From: the human T2T-CHM13v2.0 reference genome, Homo sapiens
Assembly (NCBI RefSeq): GCF_009914755.1
Contig: NC_060935.1
Direction: 5' to 3' (one strand)
DNA length: 64,000 nt
Notes under the pieces: generated by a model
What the model was told of the DNA's origin: nothing
What the model saw: only the letters and a program-made list of their open reading frames with translations
Databases searched by the model: none
Shown here: piece after piece, positions 1 to 12,700 of the stretch
Layout: each line of letters begins with the position of its first letter
Position numbering within the stretch: the stretch's first letter is position 1
Program-made: the position numbers and the translations under genes

Positions 1-1699
1 GAGAGGTCAGACTCCCTTTGCCAAGTTTTTAACCTAAAGTTTGGAAGCAGCTTGCATTTTCCATAGAGCAGTAAACTATTTTCATTCCTTTTACAATGAA
101 TGACTCCTTATGGGGTGATAATTTACTTTTAACCTCTTTCAGGACCTGATGATTTTGCCTTCTTGCCTGAAAAGAGTTGTGGGTTAAAAGAAAAGTCCCA
201 TTTCTTGAAGTTTTCTTCTTTCCTATCTTTCCTTTTCCCCCTTTTGAAAGCCTGCTATGTTTGTTTCAGAGCTTTGGGAGTCTTTGGAGCCTTGCCTCTT
301 TATTTGGAGAGAACTTGGCTCCTTCGTGTTGCCCCCATTCCTCTGCTGAATCTAATCTGACTGTTCTATTTATAATTCTTGAACAAGATGAATCTAGTCT
401 TTGTGTTTCTTTCTGAGCAACAGCGTCCCCTCCCTAGGACTTGAGCCAGTTAACCTCTGTAAGAATCTCTTTAATTTCTCTGCAAATTGCCAGAAAGCCG
501 GCAGCTGAAACCCTATCAGGTCCTGGATCATATCAGACCTGCTTTAAACTGGCACCCTCCTCCATCCTCCAATCTCCTGGGAGCTGATTTAGGAACAGGG
601 CCGTGCAGAGAAATTCCCAGCAGCACTTTGGTGACGCCAGCGCAGTCTGGGAAGTCTGACAGGGAGGGGCCCACTTTCTGGAGGACGGGGAGGCTCTGAG
701 ATAGAAACCGTGCCCACTTCGAAGCATGTGTTGGTTCCTCCCAGATCCCTCAAGGTTTATGTATACATTATGTGCTATTTATCCTTAAACCTAGACTCAT
801 CATATTATTTTTCCTGGAGACCATCTAGCCGAAACCTCCTGTTTTATAGAGAAAAAATATGGAAACTAAAAGAGTCATACAGCTAGTTTGTCTAAGAGTT
901 AATACTGTAATATAGGTTTCCTACCTTATCCATACCTTCATGAGCTTGTGAAGGCATTATTTTGATTCCGTGGACATGAAACCACTCCAATTAAGTGCAT
1001 TCTTTTTATATGTTCCCTTTCTTCTACTTCCTTTCTTTATTCCCTGTCTCCCATTCTCCATTGTTACCGAGTTCTCTCTCCTACACCCAGTACAGCTCTC
1101 TCTTTTTTGAGGGGTCTCACCAGCCTCACTGGGATGTTAACAACTAAGGTTTGAGAAAGAGATGAGTCTCAGCAGCCCAGGTCTAGAGTGGACAGATCAG
1201 TGAGTCCATGGAAACATCTAGAGCTATGAAGGAACTTTCTGAGGTCACACCGCAAGTTAGTGACCAGACCAGGATTAGAGCATGAGATTCTCTTTTTTTC
1301 TGTCTGCTGAGTTCTACTCTACTCAAAAGTTCTGCTGCCTCTGTGTGGTTCCCAATTCTGATCTGGGTCTGGCATGTCCATTTAGACAATCTTTTTTTGG
1401 TCAGGGTTCTCTCTGACCAACCTGACTTTTAACCTCACATTCATTTGTAATAGAAGAAAGTTAAATCATACCCTTAAATTCAACCACGTTTTAACCTCAT
1501 TTGCCATGAGTGTCCCGTTAAGACTAAATAACAAAGGGCCAAAATATTTACTTTGAGCTCCATAACATAATTGGTCTTCTTTCCTGTCATGATAAGCTAA
1601 GGTGGCCTTACAAGTTTTCAAGGATCAGGAATCAGTGTGCCCCACTGAACACATATAAAAGTATATTTACCCTTTAATTTAAAGCTATTGAGACCCATT

Positions 1700-3198
1700 T
1701 GAATATAACACAAATGCTACTTTAAACCAAGCCCCAGCCAGCCACTAATCTGCTTTGGGTCTGTGGTTTTGCCTTTTCTAAAAGTGTCATATAAATGGTG
1801 GGATACAGTATGTTGTCTCTTGCGTCTGGTTTCTTTCATTTAGAATAGTGTTTTAGAGGCTCATCCAGGATATTAAATAAAACATTAGTTTCTTTTTATT
1901 GCTGAATGCTATTTCATTTTATGGCTGTACCATTATTTGTTTATCCACTCACCAGTTGACCATTTGGATTGTTTCCAGCTTTAAATTATTACAAATACTG
2001 TTGTTATGAACACTTGTGTACACATTTTTGGTTTGATATATATTTTGATGTTCCTTGGGTGGATATATAGAGTGAAATTGCTGAGTTGTATGTTAATTCC
2101 ATGGTTAACTTTTTAAGAAACTGCCAAACATTTTTCAAAATGGTTGTACCATTTTTATCTCTACCAGGAGTGTATGTATTTTTAAAAGAATGACCACATA
2201 ATTTGAATAGGCAATTCACTGAAATGGATACGAGTGGCTAATAAAAACATGAAAAGATGCCCAACATCATTAGTAGTCAATAAGAAAATGCAAATAAAAT
2301 CCACAATGTGATAGCACAAAATACTCAGTAAAATTGCTATAATAAAAAAGATGAACAATACTAAGTGTTGGTGAGGATGAGAAATAACTGTTTCCCTAAG
2401 ATATTTAGTCACTGATGTGTCTACTCAAGTCTTTAAGTTTTATCCTAGATTCCTGTGTCTACATAGCTTAATGGTCAGTCAATGGTTTGGGTAGAGACTG
2501 TGCTTGATTTGGGAAGGCTTTATTCTGTGATGATTGATCTGTGTGTGAGTTGGGAAACCATTTAGGCTTGCAAACAGTTCTGAAGTCTCCCTTGGCTTTT
2601 ATCTCCAGACTGTCTTGGGTGTCCCTGGCACAAGTCTGTTTCCCAGTCTCAAAAGTATGTGTAAATAGAGTTTATTTTGGCCTTTCTATGGCTTTCTTGT
2701 TTCCAAGATCTCCCAATTAAATTTATGGCTGATCAACTATTGCAAATGAAGTTGCAATTTTAAATTAGCAAGCTACTGTGGGTTTTTTCTCCCCATTTAT
2801 TGCTTATATAATTAACTATTTTTATCTGGAAAAGCCCTGGATTTTTGTTCCTCAAAACACCCCTCCAACCACTATGGTGGCTTGAGCTGGCTTCCTCTGG
2901 CAGCAAGACTTCTGGATTTTCAGCTTAGCCTAGCACCGGCAAAACCACAGTTCTCACCAACCAAACTGGGGCAAGGGATGAGGGCAGCTTCAAGCAAGAA
3001 GAGTAGAGACTCCTGCTGTTCTTATCCGAAGCTCTAGTCACGTCACAGGAATAAATGCTTCTCAACTAGTTGTCAATCTTTGATTGATTTCCAGAACCTT
3101 CACATGGTTGATTTTAACAATTTTGTCCAGTGTTATATTTATTTTTAATAAATAACTGACCCCCCCCCCCCCACATTTTTTTACAACCAAAAGTCCCT
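1700..3198 (-). mobile_element. Old L1M (L1MC/MD/ME-type) fragments: antisense 3' end, an inverted ORF2 piece (~2180-2390) and a 5'UTR-like piece
   Basis: Minus-strand translation 2004-2219 (KNVWQFLKKLTMELTYNSAISL) resembles the ORF2p C-terminus; 2190-2390 reads as sense ORF2 (AAACATGAAAAGATGCCCAACATCATTAG...GAAAATGCAAATAAAA); boundaries approximate. Confidence 0.7.
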
Positions 3199-3271
3199 CC
3201 AGTTTTGTATTTTGGCATACAGAATACTTTAATTTTAATATAGGTAAATTAATTAATCTTTTCTTTTATGG

Positions 3272-3675
3272 TGCTATGGTTTGAATGTTTCTGTTCCCTC
3301 CAAAATTCATGTTAAAACTTAATCCCCAATGTAACATTATTGTGAGGTGTGGCCTTTGTGAGGAGACTGAGTCATGTGGGCTCCATCTTCATGAATAGGA
3401 TTAGGTGCTTTTATAACAGGCCTTGACAAAGGAGTTTGCCCCTTTTGCCCTTCCGCTTTCTGCCACATGAGGACACAGTGTTCCTCCCTTTCAGAGGACA
3501 CAGCATTCATGGTACCCTCTTGGAAGCAGAGAGCAGCCCTCAGCAGACAACTGAACCTGCCAGCACCTTGATCTTGGACTTTCCAGCCTGCAGTACTGTA
3601 AGAAATAAATTTGTGTGTTTTACAAACTCCCCAGTTTGTGATATTTTGTTATAGCAGCACAAAAGGATGAAGACA
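3272..3675 (+). mobile_element. MST-family MaLR 5' LTR
   Basis: Begins TGCTATGGTTTGAATG...CCTCCAAAATTCATGTTAAAACTTAATCCCC, has AATAAA at ~3604, ends AGACA; matches the second LTR at 5358. Confidence 0.9.
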
Positions 3676-5357
3676 GAAATTGGTACCAGAGAAGTAGGAT
3701 GTTGCTATTACAAATACCTAAAACTGTGGAAACAGCTTTATAACTGGGTAATGGGTAGAGGCTGGAAGAGTCTTGAAGTAAACATGGAGTATTGCCATGA
3801 ACAGAACATTAGGATGATTCTGGTGAAGGCTCAGAAGAGGAGGGTAGCTGTAAGGTAAGCCTCATTCTTCTCAGAGGTTACTCAAGTGGTCATGATCAGA
3901 ATGCTGGTAGAACTATGCGCAGTAAAGCCCATTCTAATAAGGTCTTAAAAATGAAGAAAAGGCATTGGAAACTGGAAGAAAGGTCATCTTTGCTACAAAG
4001 CGGCAAAGAACTTGGCTGAATTACGTCCATGTTCTGGGACTTTGCAGAAAGCAGAACTGAAGAGTGATTAACCAGGATATTTGTGGAAGAAATCTCCAAG
4101 TGGCAAAGTGTTCAGAAAGCCACATGGTCTCTCTTAACTGCTTATAGTAAAATGCAAAAAGAGAGAAATGGTTTAAAGATGAGATTTATAATCAAAAGGG
4201 AAGCAGAATTGAAAGATTCAGAGAATTCATAACCTGTTCGTGTAAAGAATAAAAAGCATGTTTAGGAGAGAAAACCAAGGTTGTGACCAAATGACCTTTT
4301 GATAAGGAGATGAGTATGAATAGAAGGAAGCCAGGTGCTATTCATCCAGACAATAAGAGAATGACCTTAAAGGCATTTCAGAGATCTTTGAGGATGCCAC
4401 ATCTATCACATGCTCTGAGTGCCAGGGCTTTGAGGGCAAAGTGGTTTTCAGGGAGGGGCTCAGGGTGCTCAAAACCCACTGCCCAGGGTCACTCTAAGTC
4501 TCTACTCCTCGTATTCTAGCACCATGCACTCCTCAGTCACTCCAAATATGGCTTAGGTGGGCACAAATGCAGCTGGGATCATCGCTCTAGAAGGCGCTAT
4601 AAACCTTGGTGGTGTCCATATGATACAAACTCTGCAAGCTCACCAAGTGCAAGAACTGTGGAGACATGACAACCTACAGCTAGACTTTTAAAGGATGTTT
4701 CAGACAGCCTTAGAGCCCAGGTTTTCTACAGGGACAGGCCCACCACTGATAGCCACCAACTTGAGCAATGCCTAATGGAGTTGTGGGAGCAGGACCACTC
4801 TGAGACCTCAATCTTGTAGAGCCACCAGCATGCAGTGCCAGCCTGGGAGAGCCACAAGCCCCTGACTCCAACCCCTGAGAGCTTCTGTGTGAGCTGCCTC
4901 CTGCAAAGCTGTGGGGGTAGGGCTGCCTGGGCCTTGGGGGCTCACCCCCTACCCCAGTATGTCTTGAAGGCGGGACATGGAGTTAAAGGAGATTATACTC
5001 AAGCCTTAAGATTTAATGTTGTTCACCTTGTTGGGTTTTGGAATTACTTGGGAACTGTTACTCCTTTCTTTTTTCCTATTTCTTCCTTTTGGAATGGGGA
5101 CATATATCGTATACCTGTCTCACCATTGTATTTTGAAAGAATGTAACTTGTTTGATTTCACAGGCTCACAGTTAGAGGGAAATTTGCCTGAAGATAAATT
5201 GTATCTTGACTGTGACCCGTATGATGTTTAGAAGAGATTTTGAACTTAGGCTTTAGTGCTGATGTGGAATGAGTTAAGACTTTTTGCAGCTATTGGGATG
5301 AAATGAATGTATTTTCTGTGTGAGTAGAACATGAATTTTGGGGGGCTAGGGGTGGAA
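3676..5357 (+). mobile_element. MST-int MaLR internal region (decayed, no intact ORF)
   Basis: Starts GAAATTGGTACCAGAGAAGT straight after the LTR; ends in the purine-rich GGGGGGCTAGGGGTGGAA before the 3' LTR; ~1.7 kb, typical of MaLR-int. Confidence 0.88.
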
Positions 5358-5413
5358 TGCTATGGTTTGAATGCTTTCTTCCCCTCCAAAATGCATGTTA
5401 AAACTTAATTTCC

Positions 5414-5906
5414 ACTGGACACAGTGGTATGTGCCTATAATCCCAACTACTCAGGAGGCTGAGGTGGGAGGATCACTTGAGGCCAGTAATTTGAGACCCA
5501 CCTGGGCAATATGGTGAGACCCTGATATGGTTTGGCTGTGTCCCCACCCAAATCTCATCTTGTATTTTAGCTCCCACAATTCCTATGTGTTGTTGGAGGG
5601 ACCTAGTGGGAGGTAATTGAATCATGGCGGTCGGTCTTTCCCATGCTGTTCTCATGATAGTAAATAAGTGTCATGAGATCTGATGGTTTTATAAAGAGGA
5701 GTTTTCCCGCACAAGCTCTCTCTTGCCTGCCACGATGTAAGACATGCCTTTTGCCTTCTGCCTGATTGTAGGCCTCCCCAGCCACGTGAAACTGTGAGTC
5801 CACTTAACCTCTTTTCTTTATAAATTACCCAGTCTCAGGTATGTCTTTATCAGCAGCGTAAAAATGCACTAATACAGATCCCATCTTAAAAAATAAAGAA
5901 ACAACC
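5414..5906 (+). mobile_element. FLAM Alu monomer split by a THE1 LTR
   Basis: Monomer body 5414-5522, continues CCATCTTAAAAAATAAAG at 5881; TSD AAAACTTAATTTCC (5400-5413) / AACACTTAATTCCC (5907-5920). Confidence 0.85.
5523..5876 (+). mobile_element. THE1 (B/C-like) solo LTR
   Basis: TGATATGGTTTGGCTGTGTCCCCACCCAAATCTCATCTTG start, CTAATACA end, 354 bp, 5-bp TSD GACCC/GATCC. Confidence 0.95.
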
Positions 5907-6260
5907 AACACTTAATTCCCAGTGCAATAGTATTGGGAGATGTGGCCTTTGGGAGACTTGACTGAGGCATGAGAGCTGCACCCTCATGAATGGGATTCGG
6001 TGCCCCTATCAATGGGCTTGACATAGGGAGTTTGCCCCTTTTGGCCTCCCCCCTTCTGTTGTATGAGGACACAGTATTTCTTATATTCATGTGTACATGA
6101 ATTCATGTACACAGCATTCACTTGTACTCAAGAGGACACAGTATTCAAGTTGCCATCTTGAAAGCAGAGACTGGGCTCTCAGATGCTGCCTTGATCTTGG
6201 ACCTCTCAGCCTCCAGCACTGTGAGAATAAATGTATGTTCTTTACAAACAAACTAAGACA

Positions 6261-7630
6261 AAGATTTTATGCCTGGAGTCTTTTAGAAATTCTTCCCCAT
6301 CTCAGAGTCATAAGTATATTCTTCTATAAGTACTTCCAAAAAGTTTGTTTATACTCATACCTCTTTGCAAATGGGTTTTAATGGATGTGAAATTAGGTAG
6401 AAATCCTTTTTTAAAAATTCTCATATGTATAAAAGTTATCCTAGCATCACTTATTGAATAGCCCATCCTTTCTCTACTTATTGGCAATGTTTCCTGTATT
6501 ATATATGAAGGTTCTTCATATACACAGATCTGTTTTTCAGCTCTACAGCTTGTTGTTTTTTTGATTTGTCCATCCCTTTTGCAATCCCACAGTGTTGTCA
6601 GTCCTGAAGTCTTTTAAAGCAAGTCTTTTCCAAGACATTTTTTTTAGTTTTCCTTGGCTGTTCGCTCCTTTATACAATTGTAGAAACTGGCTTCTCAAGT
6701 TCCATGAAAAATTCAGTTAAAGTTTTGATTGAAATTTCTTTGATTTATTTAGATTAATTTGGGGAGAATGTACATATTTAAGATATTGAGTGTTCTTATC
6801 CATAAACTTGATACCTCTTTCCATTTGTTTAGATCTGTTTAATAATTTCAATTATATTTTATTATTTTCTCCTTAAAGATTTTGTACATTTTCTATGAGA
6901 TTATTTGGTACTTTATATTGGGTATTGTAAGTACTATTTTTCAAATTACATCTTAACATTTTTGTTTAAATTATAAGGGAATGCAGTTCATTTTTGTGTA
7001 TTTGTTCTACATCCAACAATCTTATTGAATGCTCTTATTAATTCTATTTTTCTGTAGATTATTTTATTTTATTGTTCACATAGAAAATCATATTCACTGC
7101 AAGCACTAACAGTTTTGTTTTTCTTTTCAACCTTCACACCTGCTATTTCTTTGACTTGTTCTAACTGTCATGCATAGGACCTCTATTGGTCTATATGGTC
7201 AGAAGTGTCAGTAGCAGAAATTTCTTTATCTTTTTTATAAGGCTTTTAACATTTGATCATTAAAAATTATGTCTGAGGGAAGTTTTTGGTAGAAGTACAA
7301 AGTTTCCTTCCATTTTTAGGCTGCTAAGTTTTTTCTTTTTAAATCACAAATGGGTGTTGAATTTTATCAATTTTCAATTTTTTTCCTGTGTTCATGAATC
7401 TATGGGTATTATCATATAGCTTTTTTCTTTAATCTGTTAATGTAATGAATTATATTAATCAAATTTCTAATGTTAAGCAATATATGAATTCCTAGTATAA
7501 ACCCAACGTGATCATAATGTCTTTTTTTCTCATTGCTTGACTTGATTTTCTATTAATAATATTTTATTTAGCACGGCTTTATCTATGCTTAACAGCGAGT
7601 TTGGACTGTAATTTTTTCCATACTATTGCC
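6261..7630 (-). mobile_element. Old L1M ORF2 fragment (continues from ~3200-3271 across the MST insertion)
   Basis: T-rich antisense ORF2 signatures, e.g. AGATTAATTTGGGGAGAATG, GGGTGTTGAATTTTATCAA. Confidence 0.75.
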
Positions 7631-7701
7631 TGTTTCAACTTTCTCTCTTTCATTAAACAAACAAACAAAAAAAAACAACAACAAAAAGAGGGAAGAGAGA
7701 G

Positions 7702-7815
7702 AGAGACAGTCTCTCTATGTTGCCTAGGCTGGTCTCAAACTTCTGGGCTCAAATGATCCTTCTGCCTCAGCCTCTCAAGTAGCTAAGACTACAGGTATGA
7801 GCCATCATGCCAGAC
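7702..7815 (-). mobile_element. FLAM Alu monomer
   Basis: TATGTTGCCTAGGCTGGTCTCAAACTTCTGGGCTCAA...; candidate TSD TCAACTTTC at 7635-7643 and 7816-7824. Confidence 0.85.
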
Positions 7816-7949
7816 TCAACTTTCAATATAGTGATGTAAGTTTTGTTGGTTATTGAATGTGTTATCCTCTTCAAGATCTCTATTAGGATGCAATTGGTGA
7901 AAATGAGGCATAGGCAGAAGACAGTAAAAAGGAAAAGTGGAAGGAACTG

Positions 7950-8310
7950 AGTGAATATTCAGATTTAGGAAGCAAAAACTTGAAGATGAGTGCTATCACA
8001 AACTAAGTGGGGAAAGTGAGGATCAAGAGCTGTTTAAGTAAATATGGCTGGTAAAGAAAAAGTTAAGTTCTATTTAGATATGTGTTTGAGTTGCTGAGAT
8101 AGCTAGTGGAAGTGTCCAGTAGACAGTTAGGATTTTGATTTAGAAATTAAGTAGTTGTGGCCAGAAATACTTCCACGGGAACCATCTGCTCACAATCAAA
8201 ACTGTGTAGGTAGATGAGGTAATCATTGGAGATTAGTACATAGGAAAGAGAGTAGAGAATGAAGCCTTGGAAGGTGACCAGAATGAGAGAATGAAGGAGG
8301 ATGGGAAAGC
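7950..8310 (-). mobile_element. L2 fragment
   Basis: TTTGAGTTGCTGAGATAGCTAGTGGAAGTGTCCAGTAGACAGTTAGG resembles antisense L2. Confidence 0.6.
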
Positions 8311-8765
8311 GAAGTTGTAAAGGAAAAGAGAGACAAAAACAAAGGTTACATTTTTCTGAGCTGGGACTCGAAATAAAAAGTGATAGCAGACAGGGTGTGG
8401 TACCACCTCATTTGGTTCACACATGGGAGAAAAGGAGAGCATTGCATTTCTCAAGAGATTTTAGGAGGAAACACTCTGAAAAACACTGCCCTTCAAGGCC
8501 CAGAAATATACATCCTATCCCCGGATCATAAACTGTCATATAGATCTATTGTCCATTGGCTTCAAGTTTATTTGCCTTTCTAGTTATTAATCCAATCTCA
8601 TTAAAAATCAGTTTAAGTGTGACCCTTGAATTTAGACCAAATAAGTAATCAAACATAGGCTGTCTAATTTTCACCCCAAGTATCTATAGGTTAAGACATT
8701 TTAACCTTATCCTTTATACAATGGGTAGTATAGTCTATGTTGTATGTTGTCTCTTTTAAAAAAAA

Positions 8766-8885
8766 ATTTTATGAGATGGGGACTCACTATGTTTTTCAGG
8801 CTAGTCTTGAACTCCTTGGCTCAAGGGATACTCCTGCCTCAGCCTCCCGAGTTGCTGGGATTATAGGCGTCCATGACACTCAGCT
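8766..8885 (-). mobile_element. FLAM Alu monomer
   Basis: GAGATGGGGACTCACTATG...CCTGCCTCAGCCTCCCGAGTTGCTGGGATTATAGGCG. Confidence 0.85.
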
Positions 8886-9529
8886 TATATCGTCTTCTTT
8901 GACGTCAGTGTATCATTGATGTACATCAATCAGCTAATATAGGCACATAAAATTCCAGAGTTAAGAGAGATAATAAAAAGCGTCTTTTTCATTTCACAGA
9001 TGATAACACTCAGGACCAGAGGTGCAATGACTAGAGCCCAGATCTCTGGACTTGAAACCTTCATGACCCAGTAGAGTCTTACAAGAATCAACACATGAAT
9101 TGCACTTGCTTATGACAATACTGTTCCATTATTTAACTAATAATCTGTTCATTTTATTGATAGATGTTTCCTTATTTATGAGCTCTTCATTTATCCATAT
9201 GGTACTTGCTGTTGCACATATAAAAACACTCTGGTGTTCAATTTTTTCAAGTTGTTATTTTCATGTTTAAAAACACTCTTTGGATAAATTAAGGGCTCAA
9301 AATAAGGACAATTTAAATAAACATGCCATTAGTTTGACAACAGAAATGCCAACTGAGGCAGGACCCATTAATTTGTTGATAAGTGATTCACTGGATGTGT
9401 CCTACAACATACTCATCAACTATCTTTAACACATCATTTCTGAAGCACAAATCAAATTCTCAGAAAATATATAAACGAACATTTGTACAGCTGATTGTTT
9501 TTAGCAAACTGGAATCTCTTGACATTTGT

Positions 9530-9774
9530 CAATCTTCTATTCAACAAGTATTTAGTGAGTGCCTACTGTGTGCTAGGCCCCAGTGCCTACAGCAGCGGAT
9601 AAAACACAAAGTTCCTGCCCTCATGGACTATCTATTATAATGGTGGCAAGGCAGACAATAAACATGCAAATCAATAAATGATATGTTTTTCAGATAGTGA
9701 CAAAAAGCAATGGGATAGAAAGTGACCAGAGGAGAGATCGTTCTATCTTATCCAGTGTGGCCAGTAAGGAGCCC
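9530..9774 (-). mobile_element. L2 3' end (resumes at ~12508-12550)
   Basis: TTCAACAAGTATTTAGTGAGTGCCTACTGTGTGCTAGGC; continuation CTCTCTGAACAGGCGGTATTTGAGCTGAGACCTG. Confidence 0.75.
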
Positions 9775-9902
9775 TGTTGCAGGTCAGGTTCTGTGGGAAG
9801 TGAATCTGAGATGGAGATTAGCACACAGAAAGTTCATTGTGGAGCTTTTTCAGAATCAACATTCTTGGGGAAGTACAGACAGTTGCCACCTTAAGATGGT
9901 TA

Positions 9903-11836
<1,934 letters not shown>

Positions 11837-12579
11837 AAGATGGCTAAACTTAACAATTTTTTGACTTTAAGATGGTGTGAAAGTGATATATATTCAGTAG
11901 AAACTGCACTACGAGTGCACATGCAACCATTCTGTTTCTCACTTTCAGTGTAGTATTCAATAAATTACATGAGATATTCAACACCTTGTTATAAAATAGG
12001 CTTTGTGTTACATGTTTTTGCCCGACCATAGGCTAATGTAAGCGTTCTGAGCATGTTTAAGGTAGGCTGGGCTAAGCTATGATGTTTGGTAGGTTAGGAG
12101 TATTAAATGCATTTTTAACTTGATATTTTCAACTTGTGATGAGTTTATCAGGATGTAACCCTGTTATAAGTCTAGGAGCATATGTACAGGAAATAGGATT
12201 GGGCAGAAACAGAAGTTGGGCTATTACATAGTCACAGCAAAACCTCAGCCTCCAACACCACAGAAAGCCTTGAAGCTGGGGTAGTCCTACAGTGTATCTT
12301 GAGTTGGGGCTGGGGAGTTGGCCTTTAGACCCTCTTATTTGCCACTATTGTATGTGTGCTGCCTTTGGTGGGAAGATTTTGGGCGAGATGGGCAGCTTAG
12401 GGCAATCTATGAAGGGGATCCAGCTTCCAACACTCACAGCAGCTAGGCAAATGATGCTTCAGTCCTGATAGGGGAGATCTGTGTGACCCACCACAGCATG
12501 CACTATAGCCTCTCTGAACAGGCGGTATTTGAGCTGAGACCTGGATGATGTCATCTCGCTTAATCCTGGGGTTGATATT

Positions 12580-12700
12580 GTCATATCCCCATTTTGTACC
12601 CCTGTTCATCTCTCAGAAGCTCAGAGAGGTGAAGTGACTTGCCCTAGGTCACACAGCTACCAGGAAGCAACACTTTGTGTCTCCTAGCCCAGAGCTTCAT
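12580..12700 (-). mobile_element. MIR fragment
   Basis: GCTCAGAGAGGTGAAGTGACTTGCCCTAGGTCACACAGCTA core. Confidence 0.75.

Larger units (their letters stand above)
5358..6260 (+). mobile_element. MST-family 3' LTR, interrupted by FLAM and THE1 insertions
   Basis: TGCTATGGTTTGAATG start repeated from 3272; homology resumes at ~5921; ends CTAAGACA. Confidence 0.88.

Noticed and set aside
3676-5357. Possible gag-like coding capacity in MST-int
   Set aside because: Only short, broken ORFs remain
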